Below are positions 37,193 to 45,823 of a stretch of 64,000 bases of DNA, piece by piece. The notes under the pieces were generated by a model. The model did no database searches. It worked only from the letters and a program-made list of their open reading frames with translations, and was not told where the DNA came from. Both the position numbers and the translations under genes were made by a program. The stretch lies in the NCBI GenBank assembly GCA_900320595.1, contig ONSW01000001.1, positions 28,560-92,559 on the forward strand. Direction: 5' to 3'. Each line of letters begins with the position of its first letter. Within the stretch, counting starts at the first letter, position 1. The stretch is from an uncultured Eubacteriales bacterium (GTDB lineage: Bacteria; Bacillota; Clostridia; Oscillospirales; Oscillospiraceae).

Positions 37193-37810
37193 ATGCATAT
37201 TCCGCAGGGACATAGCCAGACGATCGAGCTGCTCGGCTTTGACGAGGCGCTTGCCGCCTCGGGCAAGAGCGGCGGTTATGACAGCGAGAAATGGCTCTAT
37301 GTACCGGATTTCTATACCGAATACCGATATATCCTCGGCACCAGGGGAAAGTTTCCGTTGATCTGCATCGGAATCAACCCCTCCACAGCTGCTCCTGACG
37401 ATCTGGACAACACGCTCAAGTCCGTTTCCCGCATTGCCGCACACAACGGCTATGACAGCTGGATCATGTTCAACGTCTATGCCGAGCGGGCGACCAATCC
37501 AGACGATATGGATACAAGCTGCAACGAGCGTCTTCACCGCGAGAATATGCGTGCGTTTGAATACATACTCTCCCACGTGGAAAAGCCGCACAGACCGGCC
37601 GTATGGGCCGCCTGGGGCACGATCATCGAAAAGAGAGAGTATCTCAGGGACTGTGTACTCGACATGGTCCGCATCGGAAAGAATTACGGCGCCGAATGGC
37701 TATGCGCGGGAAAGTGCTCCGTCAAGGGACACCCGCACCATCCGCTGTATCTGAAAAAGGATGAGGAGGTTCGCCCCTTCGACATCGACGCTTATTTGGA
37801 GACGTTATGA
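37193..37810 (+). CDS. DUF1643 domain protein
   Basis: PLICIGINPSTAAPDDLDNTLKSV...WIMFNVYAERATNPDDM matches my recollection of the DUF1643 core. It lies 14 nt after the AEC stop. Confidence 0.75.
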   Translation: MHIPQGHSQTIELLGFDEALAASGKSGGYDSEKWLYVPDFYTEYRYILGTRGKFPLICIGINPSTAAPDDLDNTLKSVSRIAAHNGYDSWIMFNVYAERATNPDDMDTSCNERLHRENMRAFEYILSHVEKPHRPAVWAAWGTIIEKREYLRDCVLDMVRIGKNYGAEWLCAGKCSVKGHPHHPLYLKKDEEVRPFDIDAYLETL

Positions 37811-38628
37811 AAGATACCTGCAGTATTGCCGTGTGTCAGATCCGTACCGAGCTTGAAGACGCGGAAACGATGAAAAAAGCGGCTGAATATGTTTCCCGCG
37901 CGGCCGAGAGCGGCGCGGATTTTGCCGTGCTGCCCGAGATGTTCAACTGCCCCTATTCCCCGCGCTATTTCCGCCGCTTTGCCGCCGGGGGACACGAGAG
38001 CGCCGTGGAGGCCATGTCCTCCTGGGCCAGAGACAACGGGATCTGGCTTGTCGGCGGCTCGGTGCCCGAGACGGAGGGGGAGAGACTTTATAACACCTGC
38101 TATATCTTCGACAGGCAGGGAAGGATCGCGGCAAAGCACCGCAAGATCCATCTGTTTGACGTGGATATCCCCGGCATGCGTTTTCATGAGTCCGAGACCT
38201 TTTCCCCCGGTGAGGAGATCACGGTGTTCGACACGGAATTTGGACGCATGGGCGCGGCGATCTGCTTTGACGTGCGCTTTCCGGAGCTTTTCCGCGCGAT
38301 GGCCGTGCGCGGCGCGAAGGTGATCTTTCTCCCGGCTCAGTTCAATATGGCGACCGGACCGGCACACTGGGCCGACACGCTGAAGCTCCGCGCGGTAGAC
38401 AACGAGGTGTTCGTCATCGGTGCTGCAGCGGCGCGGTATGAGGGCTTTGATTACGAATGCTGGGGCCACTCGACTGTGTACGATCCCTATGGAATTGTAT
38501 TGGCAGAGGCCGACGAGACGGAGCAGATCCTGCCTGCAAAGCTCGATCTCAAACGGGTGGATGAAGTACGCGCCCAGCTGCCGACCTTTTTGCGGCTGCG
38601 GCGGGATGTTTATACGGTGGCTGAATGA
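37807..38628 (+). CDS. carbon-nitrogen hydrolase family protein (nitrilase/omega-amidase-like)
   Basis: E-K-C triad contexts LPEMF, HRKIHLFD and AAICFDVRFPE. ATGA overlap with DUF1643. Confidence 0.85.
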   Translation: MKDTCSIAVCQIRTELEDAETMKKAAEYVSRAAESGADFAVLPEMFNCPYSPRYFRRFAAGGHESAVEAMSSWARDNGIWLVGGSVPETEGERLYNTCYIFDRQGRIAAKHRKIHLFDVDIPGMRFHESETFSPGEEITVFDTEFGRMGAAICFDVRFPELFRAMAVRGAKVIFLPAQFNMATGPAHWADTLKLRAVDNEVFVIGAAAARYEGFDYECWGHSTVYDPYGIVLAEADETEQILPAKLDLKRVDEVRAQLPTFLRLRRDVYTVAE

Positions 38629-39191
38629 AGATCAAAGAGGACATTAAAAAATACGTCCCCTGCAACGAGCAGGAGGCGCGGGATAAGGCCGTGATCCTGA
38701 GTTTTCTTGAGAAGAATCCCGACGCGTTCCTTCGCAGCAATCCTGTGGCGCATATGACGGCGTCTGCCTGGGTGGTGAATCCGGAGCGGACAAAGGTCGT
38801 CATGGTCTATCACCGGATCTATGATTCCTGGTCCTGGACAGGCGGGCACGCCGACGGGGAGGAGGATCTTCTCGCCGTGGCGCTGCGCGAATGTCGGGAA
38901 GAGACAGGGCTGCAGAAGGTCCGCGCTGTCAGCGATGAGATCTTGTCGCTGGAGGTGCTGACGGTGGAAGGACACGAAAAACGCGGCGAATATGTGCCGA
39001 GCCATTTGCATCTGAACGTGACCTATCTTCTGGAAGCGGATGAGAGAGAGACGCTGCGGATCTGCGAGGAGGAGAACGCCGGCGTAGCCTGGTTCACGCT
39101 TGACGGCGCGCTGGAGGCGTCATCAGAGCCCTGGTTCGTCGAGAGGATCTATAAAAAACTCAATGAAAAAGTAAAAACCTGCTGCGGCTGA
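38625..39191 (+). CDS. NUDIX hydrolase
   Basis: Nudix box GGHADGEEDLLAVALRECREETGL. ATGA overlap with the CN hydrolase. Confidence 0.85.
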   Translation: MKIKEDIKKYVPCNEQEARDKAVILSFLEKNPDAFLRSNPVAHMTASAWVVNPERTKVVMVYHRIYDSWSWTGGHADGEEDLLAVALRECREETGLQKVRAVSDEILSLEVLTVEGHEKRGEYVPSHLHLNVTYLLEADERETLRICEEENAGVAWFTLDGALEASSEPWFVERIYKKLNEKVKTCCG

Positions 39192-39208
39192 GCCGCAGCA
39201 GGTTTTTT
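39178..39208. terminator. bidirectional intrinsic terminator
   Basis: CCTGCTGCGGC tga GCCGCAGCAGG followed by T6, with A5 upstream. The stem contains the NUDIX stop codon. Confidence 0.8.
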
Positions 39209-39223
39209 CGTATGTGTGGATAA

Positions 39224-40132
39224 TCAGTCGCCATTGACCTCGCGGATCTTTTCGAAGATCGCGGTGTGTACCAGACCGAAAAAGATCGTGCCGAACAGAC
39301 AGACGGCAAGATAAGCGGCAAAGAACACGATGCCGAAGATCCAGCCAATGTAGCGGATGCGCATGAGAAGACCCAGAACCAGCATCACGACCCAAATCAC
39401 GACGACGAGAAGAATGTCGGCGCCGAACATTTTGGCCTTATAGCCGTCGGTCATGCGCATGGACTTGCGCAGCGCATCGGTGGGGGAGATCTCTTTGTCG
39501 GTCAGCAGGATATAGGGAACAAGACTGTAGGAATAATACTTGATCACGTTCATCACAGGGACAAACGCCCAGATCAGATTCCACAGGCCCTGCCAGCACA
39601 TGCCGCCGGCATTGCGCAGAAGCTCTTCCTTGCGGAAAGCCTGGAACAGCTGCTCGCTTCGAACCTCCTTGCCGTGGAAGCCGTCGAGCAGGACGCCGGT
39701 AAAGCCAAGCTGAAGCAGCATCACGATCGGAAGCGAGATCAGCGGCACCGCGGCGCCGAGCGAGCTGATCAAAACCGCGATCAGACCATAGAGCAGGGAA
39801 AGACCCCACAGACGGATCGGCTTGGAAGCGAGAACAGCAAGAGCCTCTCGATAGAAATCAAGGATACTCCCCAGCGTCGCTTTTACAGGCGCAGCCGTGT
39901 AAACCGGTTCGGCCGTGTAAGCAGGCTCGGCCTGATACTCCTGCGCGGAGGATTCATACCAGCCGCCGGATACAGGGGGCGCGGTGTTTTCAACAGGGGC
40001 AGATGTACCTTCCGCTGGAGCGGCGCTTTCTGCCGGCGCTTCACCGGCGGGCTGAAGATTTACAGGGCTGCCGCAGATGGGGCAGAATTTCGCGTCTTCG
40101 GGAAGGGGAGAAGAGCATTTCGGGCAGGTCAT
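39224..40132 (-). CDS. zinc-ribbon / Pro-Ala-rich linker / DUF975-like polytopic membrane protein
   Basis: Start trimmed to MTCPKCSSPLPEDAKFCPICGSPV (ATG 40132). Low-complexity PA-rich segment, then about 5 TM helices. Confidence 0.7.
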   Translation of the reverse strand: MTCPKCSSPLPEDAKFCPICGSPVNLQPAGEAPAESAAPAEGTSAPVENTAPPVSGGWYESSAQEYQAEPAYTAEPVYTAAPVKATLGSILDFYREALAVLASKPIRLWGLSLLYGLIAVLISSLGAAVPLISLPIVMLLQLGFTGVLLDGFHGKEVRSEQLFQAFRKEELLRNAGGMCWQGLWNLIWAFVPVMNVIKYYSYSLVPYILLTDKEISPTDALRKSMRMTDGYKAKMFGADILLVVVIWVVMLVLGLLMRIRYIGWIFGIVFFAAYLAVCLFGTIFFGLVHTAIFEKIREVNGD

Positions 40133-40287
40133 GGTAATACACCTCCAACTTTTTCTTGCCTGTATCATAATACCGAAAACGCGATCTTTCAACGTTTTTC
40201 GGCAGGAATTTATGATTTGTTAAGAATTACAAACAAAACAAAAGGGCGGCTCGAACAGAGCCGCCCTTGCTTGCTTGAAAGAGGAAA

Positions 40288-41511
40288 TCAGCCGCCGAAA
40301 ACGGAGAGAAGGAAACCGGCTGCGATCGCAGAGCCGATAACGCCGGCCACGTTCGGACCCATGGCGTGCATCAGCAGGAAGTTGGACTTGTTGTATTTGC
40401 GTCCGACATCCTGGCTTACGCGAGCGGCCATCGGAACGGCGGAGACGCCGGCCGAGCCGATCAGCGGGTTGATTCGTCCGCCGGAGGTCTTGTACATCAC
40501 AATACCGCCCAGCAGACCGCCAGTGGTGGAGATCGCAAACGCGATCAGACCGAGAATGATGATCTTGATCGTGTTGAGATTCAGGAAGTTCTGCGCAACC
40601 ATCGTCGCACCGACAGAGGTCGCAAGGAAGATCGTCACGATATTCATCAGCGCGTTCTGCGCCGTGTCGGACAGACGGTCGGTCACGCCGCACTCGCGGA
40701 ACAGATTGCCCAGCATCAGGCAGCCAATCAGCGGAGCAGTCGAGGGGAGAAGAAGAATGACGAAGGTCGCGACCACGACCGGGAAGATGATCTTCTCAGT
40801 CTTGGAGACCTCGCGGGTCTGCTCCATCTTGACAACGCGCATCTTTTCGCTGGTCATCAGCTTCATGATCGGAGGCTGGATCATCGGGATCAGCGCCATA
40901 TACGAGTACGCCGCGATCGCAATGGGTCCGAGCAGCTCGGGGGCAAGCTTGGTGGTGAGGAAGATGGCCGTCGGGCCGTCCGCGCCGCCGATGATGCCGA
41001 TCGAGGCCGCCTGCGGGCCCGTGAAGCCCAGCAGAACCGCGCCGAAGAAGGCAACGAATACGCCGAGCTGAGCCGCCGCGCCGAGCAGCAGACTCTTGGG
41101 ATTGGAAAGCAGCGGGCCGAAGTCGGTCATGGCACCGACACCCATGAAGATCAGCGAGGGATAGATGCCGGCCTTGACGCCGATATAGAAGAAGTCAAGC
41201 AGTCCGGCGTTCGCCATAATGTGGCCGTAGCTGTGATAGTAGGGGCTGGCGGAATCGAGGAAAGCCGCCCACATCTCCGGGTGGTACATGGCGTTATCAC
41301 CCATGCCGATGAAGTAGCTGAGGTTGGAGAGAAGGCAGCCGAAGGCGATGCCGCACAGAAGCAGCGGCTCGAACTTCTTGGCGATGCCCAAATACAGCAG
41401 AACGAAGGCGATGACGATCATCACAAGGTTTTTCCAGCCGCCGTCCGTGAGAAAGAAGGCTGCAAACCCGGACTCCATCGCAAGCTTCTGCACAGTTCCG
41501 AGTATATCCAT
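40288..41511 (-). CDS. oadB: Na+-translocating decarboxylase beta subunit
   Basis: Full-length OadB/GcdB/MmdB-type polytopic protein (…[11 protein letters not shown]…[10 protein letters not shown]…NLFRECGV…). Confidence 0.9.
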   Translation of the reverse strand: MDILGTVQKLAMESGFAAFFLTDGGWKNLVMIVIAFVLLYLGIAKKFEPLLLCGIAFGCLLSNLSYFIGMGDNAMYHPEMWAAFLDSASPYYHSYGHIMANAGLLDFFYIGVKAGIYPSLIFMGVGAMTDFGPLLSNPKSLLLGAAAQLGVFVAFFGAVLLGFTGPQAASIGIIGGADGPTAIFLTTKLAPELLGPIAIAAYSYMALIPMIQPPIMKLMTSEKMRVVKMEQTREVSKTEKIIFPVVVATFVILLLPSTAPLIGCLMLGNLFRECGVTDRLSDTAQNALMNIVTIFLATSVGATMVAQNFLNLNTIKIIILGLIAFAISTTGGLLGGIVMYKTSGGRINPLIGSAGVSAVPMAARVSQDVGRKYNKSNFLLMHAMGPNVAGVIGSAIAAGFLLSVFGG

Positions 41512-41524
41512 CCGTTGCCCTCCG

Positions 41525-41926
41525 TTAGCCGATCACGATGAGCGGCGTGCCGGTCTCGACGACCTGACCCTTCGACACGGCGATCTGTGCGACGCTGCCA
41601 GCCTTCGGCGCGACGATCTCGTTTTCCATCTTCATGGCCTCGAGAACGATAAGCACGTCGCCTTCCTTCACGGCCTGGCCCTGGGAGACGTTGATCTTGA
41701 GAATGTTGCCGGGCATCGGGCTCTTGACGACCTCGCCGGCAGCAAGGGCTGCGGCCGCAGGGGCGGGAGCCGGAGCGGCGGGAGCGGCTGCCGCAACGGG
41801 AGCGGCGGCAACGGGCGCGGCCGCGGGGGCGGGAGCATAGGCTTCATATTCGTCGATGAGCATGGCCTCGCCGGCCTCTACCTCGACCTCATAGGTGCGC
41901 TTGTTGAGCGTAACTTTATACTTCAT
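41525..41926 (-). CDS. biotin carboxyl carrier subunit of the decarboxylase
   Basis: Ala/Pro-rich linker, then biotinyl domain with EAMKMENEI. Confidence 0.85.
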   Translation of the reverse strand: MKYKVTLNKRTYEVEVEAGEAMLIDEYEAYAPAPAAAPVAAAPVAAAAPAAPAPAPAAAALAAGEVVKSPMPGNILKINVSQGQAVKEGDVLIVLEAMKMENEIVAPKAGSVAQIAVSKGQVVETGTPLIVIG

Positions 41927-42270
41927 TTCTCACTGTCCTCCTTGATTTCCTTGATGGAAAGGAACCGCAGCTCGTTGAGCGGCTTGCCGAGCGAGTCGGC
42001 AACGATGGCCATGATCATGGCGGCGTCCTTCGGGTCGGTGTCATAGAGCTTCAGCTCGCCTGCGGCACCGGGAGCTTTTTCTTTCTCCGGCGCGGGGGCG
42101 GCCTTCACCTCGGCCGCGGGAGCGGGCTGCTCGGCCTTTTTCTTCGGCGCCATCAGCTTGCCCTGCAGCATGACGACGATCATCAGCAGCACAAGCCCGA
42201 GGAACACCACCAGATAGCCCAGCAGAGCCGTCAGCGCAGCATTGGGGATCGAAATGTTGACAAGATCCAT
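41923..42270 (-). CDS. oadG: OadG-like small membrane subunit
   Basis: N-terminal TM LTALLGYLVVFLGLVLLMIVVML followed by a charged/Ala-Pro tail. Overlaps the BCCP start. Confidence 0.7.
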   Translation of the reverse strand: MDLVNISIPNAALTALLGYLVVFLGLVLLMIVVMLQGKLMAPKKKAEQPAPAAEVKAAPAPEKEKAPGAAGELKLYDTDPKDAAMIMAIVADSLGKPLNELRFLSIKEIKEDSEK

Positions 42271-42274
42271 TCTC

Positions 42275-43657
42275 TTACGCCTCCGTTATCGTGTAGCGGA
42301 CGACCTTCTCTTCCTTGGCCTTGCGTTCTTCAAAGAACTTCTCGGCGACCTGCGGGAAGGAGATGTAGCTCAGCACGTCCTCTTCGCAGCGGGCGGTATC
42401 GCCAAGCTTCTCGGCAGCCTTCTCATAGGTGTCGGTCGGCAGCGTGTCGGCGTAGCGTCCCTCGACCGGCTTGAGATCGCCAAGGATCTTGGCGCGGACT
42501 TCTTCGTTGATCGGCGCGGGCGTACGGCCGTATTCGCCGCGGCAGTAGGCCTTGATCTCGGCGCCGACGTTCTTGTAGCGCTCGCCGGCGAGAACGTTCT
42601 GCACCGCCTGAGTGCCGACAAGCTGGCTGGTGGGCGTGACAAGGGGAGGATAGCCCATGTCCGCACGGACCTTCGGCGTTTCGATGAGGGCTTCGTCAAA
42701 CTTGTCGAGAGCGTTGAGGCTCTTGAGCTGGCTGAGAAGGTTGGAGAGCATGCCGCCGGGGATCTGGTAGGTCAGGCAGCGGGTATCTGTCGCCATGGAG
42801 ATCGGGTTGAGCGTGCCCTTTTCAAGGAACTCTGCGCGCAGGGGCTTGAAGAAGTCGGCCATCGCGTTGATGGACTTCTCGTCGAGATCGACCTCATAGC
42901 CGAACTCCTTGAGCGCGTAGTACAGCGTTTCCGTCGCGGGCTGTGAGGTACCGCCGGAGAACGGGGAAATGGCGGTGTCGATCACGTCGGCGCCGGCTTC
43001 GATGGACTTGAGGTAAGTCATGAAGGCAAGGCCGGTGGTGCAGTGCGTGTGCATCACGACGGGCAGATCGACCGCATCCTTGATCGCGGAAACGAGATCA
43101 TACGCTGCTTTCGGCGTGAGGATACCGGCCATGTCCTTGATGCAGATGGAGCTGACGCCCATCGAGGCAAGCTCCTTGACCATCTCGACATACTTGTCGA
43201 GCGTGTGGACAGGGCTGGTGGTATAGGAGATCGCACCGGACGCCATCGCGCCGGAGTTGACCGCCTCTTCGACGGCGACCTTCAGATTGTTGACATCGTT
43301 GAGCGCGTCGAAGATACGGATGATGTCGATGCCGTTGCGGACGGCGGCACGGACAAAACGACGCACGATGTCATCCGGATAGTGCTTGTAGCCGAGAATA
43401 TTCTGGCCGCGAAGCAGCATCTGGAGCTTCGTGTTGGGCAGCTTGGCCCGGAGCTTGCGCAGGCGTTCCCACGGATCTTCGCCGAGGAAGCGCAGACACA
43501 CGTCAAAGGTGGCGCCGCCCCAGCATTCGACGGAGTAGAAGCCCGCTTTGTCAATGGTGTCAAGGATTGGCTCAAACTGATTATAGCCGAGCCTGGTTGC
43601 GATCAGCGACTGGTTGGCGTCACGCAGCACGGTTTCGGTAAACTGTACTTTCTTCAT
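42275..43657 (-). CDS. oadA: oxaloacetate decarboxylase alpha (carboxyltransferase) subunit without biotinyl domain
   Basis: Start trimmed to MKKVQFTETVLRDANQSL (ATG 43657, AGGAGGAG RBS). HMGL-like TIM barrel and a conserved C-terminal carboxyltransferase region. No AMKM motif. Confidence 0.85.
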   Translation of the reverse strand: MKKVQFTETVLRDANQSLIATRLGYNQFEPILDTIDKAGFYSVECWGGATFDVCLRFLGEDPWERLRKLRAKLPNTKLQMLLRGQNILGYKHYPDDIVRRFVRAAVRNGIDIIRIFDALNDVNNLKVAVEEAVNSGAMASGAISYTTSPVHTLDKYVEMVKELASMGVSSICIKDMAGILTPKAAYDLVSAIKDAVDLPVVMHTHCTTGLAFMTYLKSIEAGADVIDTAISPFSGGTSQPATETLYYALKEFGYEVDLDEKSINAMADFFKPLRAEFLEKGTLNPISMATDTRCLTYQIPGGMLSNLLSQLKSLNALDKFDEALIETPKVRADMGYPPLVTPTSQLVGTQAVQNVLAGERYKNVGAEIKAYCRGEYGRTPAPINEEVRAKILGDLKPVEGRYADTLPTDTYEKAAEKLGDTARCEEDVLSYISFPQVAEKFFEERKAKEEKVVRYTITEA

Positions 43658-43802
43658 GGCTCCTCCTGTGATTGTTTGATTGAGAATCAAGGGATAAAAA
43701 ATGCTTGATAACATTATAACATTTCACAAAAATAAATCCAGTATTTAATTTGCGTTTTCACAATCCAACAAGAAAAAAGGAAAAAGGACAAAAAAAGATC
43801 GA

Positions 43803-43823
43803 GGCAAATTGTACACATTTGCC
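43803..43823. promoter_or_regulatory. perfect-arm palindrome, candidate operator upstream of the decarboxylase operon
   Basis: GGCAAAT-TGTACAC-ATTTGCC, lying between the upstream gene's terminator and the TGTTATAAT -10 of the oad promoter. Confidence 0.3.
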
Positions 43824-43851
43824 ATAGGCTGCCCACAAAAGGAAAAGACAT

Positions 43852-43882
43852 AAAAAAACCGCGGACCCAAAAGGGTCCGCGG
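43852..43882 (-). terminator. intrinsic terminator after the NlpC/P60 gene
   Basis: CCGCGGACCC aaaa GGGTCCGCGG, with T7 on the minus strand. Confidence 0.8.
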
Positions 43883-43900
43883 AAAAGGAAAGATGCTTTG

Positions 43901-45340
43901 TCAGATGACGCGGCGTGCGATAAAGCCGCGGGTGTTATAGTATCCGCTGAGTTCGGAAATGATGACGCCGGTGGTGTAGGTCGAAGCGTGGATGAACATG
44001 TTGTTGCCGATATAGATACCTACGTGACCGATGTAATCCGCGCTGGAATAGAAGCAGAGCAGGTCGCCCGGCTGAAGCGCGCTGGTGTCGACCGCCACGC
44101 CGTTCCTCGCCTGGTCGCAGGCAACGCGGTTGAGCGTGATGCCGAAGTGGCCGTAGACATAGGTCGTAAAGCCAGAGCAGTCAAAGCCGCTGGGCGAGGT
44201 GCCGCCCCAGACGTACGGATAGCCCTCATACTGGAGAGCATATTCGACGATCTGTCTGCCAAGCTCGGTGGAGTTGGTATCGTCGCCGATCTCGGTGGCG
44301 ACGCGGCCCTCGGCGACATACTGGCCATACACATAGCCGGATGTGCCGTCGATCGTGACGGCCTTCCACTGGCCGGACGAGCCGGTGATCGTCAAAGCCT
44401 TGCCGTAGTTATAGACACCGAGAATGCCGTATTCTGTCGACGGGCCGCTGCGGAAGCGGACGTCGTTTCCGGTGATGTAGCCTGCGATCGAGGTCGTCTC
44501 CACAGGAGCGGGCGTCGGTTCGGGCGTAGGCTCGGGCGTGGGAGAGGGAAGATCCGGAATGTCTCCGCCGTCGGATACGACGTAGGAGCTGTAAACATAG
44601 CCGGAGGTGCCACCGATCGTGACGGCGATCCAGTTTCCGGAACGGCCTGTGATCGTCAGCTTGGTGCCGTTGTCGAGCGAGTCATAGATCGCATAGGTCG
44701 TGTCGGGACCGGTGCGGAAATAGACATAACTGCCGCTGATATGACCGGGCGTGCCGCCGGATGTGTCGGTCTGGACGGGAGCGGGCGTCGGAGCCGGAGT
44801 CGGCGCGACAGGCTCGGGTTCAACTGTCGGGACGCTCACGTTTTCGCCAAGCGTGACATAGTCGGCATACATGTAACCGGATTCGCCGTTGATGACAACA
44901 GCGTACCAGCCGTTCGAACTGCCGGTAACGGTCAGCGTGGTTCCTTTATTATATTCGCCGAGAATGGAGTGGTCCGTGCTTGGACCGCTGCGGAGGCGGA
45001 CATACATCGCGTTGACGGTGCCGCCCGAGGAAGCGGGAGCCGAGGGTGTTTCGACTGCGGCGGGCTCGGAGGGGGAAGAGGAGACACTGAGGTAAGCTGA
45101 GGAGATAAAACCGGAATGTCCGCCGTATGTAACACCATACCACTCGCCGTTGGAACGGTCGGTGACCGTGACAACGGTGCCTTTCGGCAGGCAGTCGTAA
45201 ATCGCATAATCCGTACCGGGACCGGAGCGGAAATTGACGTCGTTGCCGGTAATCTCGGCGTCTTCCGCAAAAACAGAAACGGTCAGCAGGATACAGAACA
45301 GCGCAGCGAATGCCAGAGTTCTGAAGACATACTTTCGCAT
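43901..45340 (-). CDS. secreted cell-wall hydrolase: 4 x SH3b repeats + C-terminal NlpC/P60 peptidase
   Basis: Start trimmed to MRKYVFRTLAFAALF (ATG 45340). Four repeats of the type VxFRSGPxTxY..G..LTxTG..GxWxxV...GxSGYxxxxY. Catalytic GFDCSGF and GHVGIYIG. Confidence 0.85.
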   Translation of the reverse strand: MRKYVFRTLAFAALFCILLTVSVFAEDAEITGNDVNFRSGPGTDYAIYDCLPKGTVVTVTDRSNGEWYGVTYGGHSGFISSAYLSVSSSPSEPAAVETPSAPASSGGTVNAMYVRLRSGPSTDHSILGEYNKGTTLTVTGSSNGWYAVVINGESGYMYADYVTLGENVSVPTVEPEPVAPTPAPTPAPVQTDTSGGTPGHISGSYVYFRTGPDTTYAIYDSLDNGTKLTITGRSGNWIAVTIGGTSGYVYSSYVVSDGGDIPDLPSPTPEPTPEPTPAPVETTSIAGYITGNDVRFRSGPSTEYGILGVYNYGKALTITGSSGQWKAVTIDGTSGYVYGQYVAEGRVATEIGDDTNSTELGRQIVEYALQYEGYPYVWGGTSPSGFDCSGFTTYVYGHFGITLNRVACDQARNGVAVDTSALQPGDLLCFYSSADYIGHVGIYIGNNMFIHASTYTTGVIISELSGYYNTRGFIARRVI

Positions 45341-45365
45341 CTTTCTGTACGATTCCTTTTTTAGT

Positions 45366-45647
45366 TTATCTGGAGGCAAGCGCCCTTTCGAGCCAGACGA
45401 CCGCGACGTCGATCGCGTCGTAAAGGCTGTCCTTTTCGCTCTTTTTCACGACCCGGTCACGGGACTTGATGGAAGGATCGGTCAGCTGAAGCTGAACGGA
45501 GACCTTCGTTGCGACGTCCAGGTCTTTTACTTTTTTGGTATCGAGGATCTGAAGCATGGCAATATATTTATCGGCAAAGCTGCCGTAATAAATGATATTG
45601 TCCTTGCGCTGGAGCGGATGACCCTTATACTCCAATTTTGCTGCCAA
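45366..45647 (-). CDS. conserved-looking small hypothetical protein (93 aa, TTG start)
   Basis: TTG at 45647 lies 6 nt after GGAGGTG (45654-45660). Product LAAKLEYKGHPLQRKDNIIYYGSF... The ATG-extended track ORF (to 45767) would run through its own promoter. Confidence 0.5.
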   Translation of the reverse strand: MAAKLEYKGHPLQRKDNIIYYGSFADKYIAMLQILDTKKVKDLDVATKVSVQLQLTDPSIKSRDRVVKKSEKDSLYDAIDVAVVWLERALASR

Positions 45648-45674
45648 TGATAGCACCTCCAGTTTTGTAATCGA

Positions 45675-45703
45675 AATGTAACACAATACGCAGAATTTGT
45701 CAA
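45675..45703 (-). promoter_or_regulatory. sigma-A-type promoter of the small ORF
   Basis: Minus strand TTGACA (45703-45698), 17-nt spacer, TACATT (45680-45675). Confidence 0.45.
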
Positions 45704-45823
45704 CAAGAATATTATGGTAAACCAAACGAAGGAGGGGAGAGGGCGTGTAACATGACCGTCTCCCCACGCATTCGGAGCGGAAACACCGTGCGTGCTTACA
45801 TGAGGTATAACGGAAAGGGAAAA

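Noticed and set aside
39266-41071. 601-aa ORF on the + strand
   Set aside because: It spans the antisense of two separate genes (the Zn-ribbon membrane protein and oadB) and the intergenic region with its promoter. No protein-like features.
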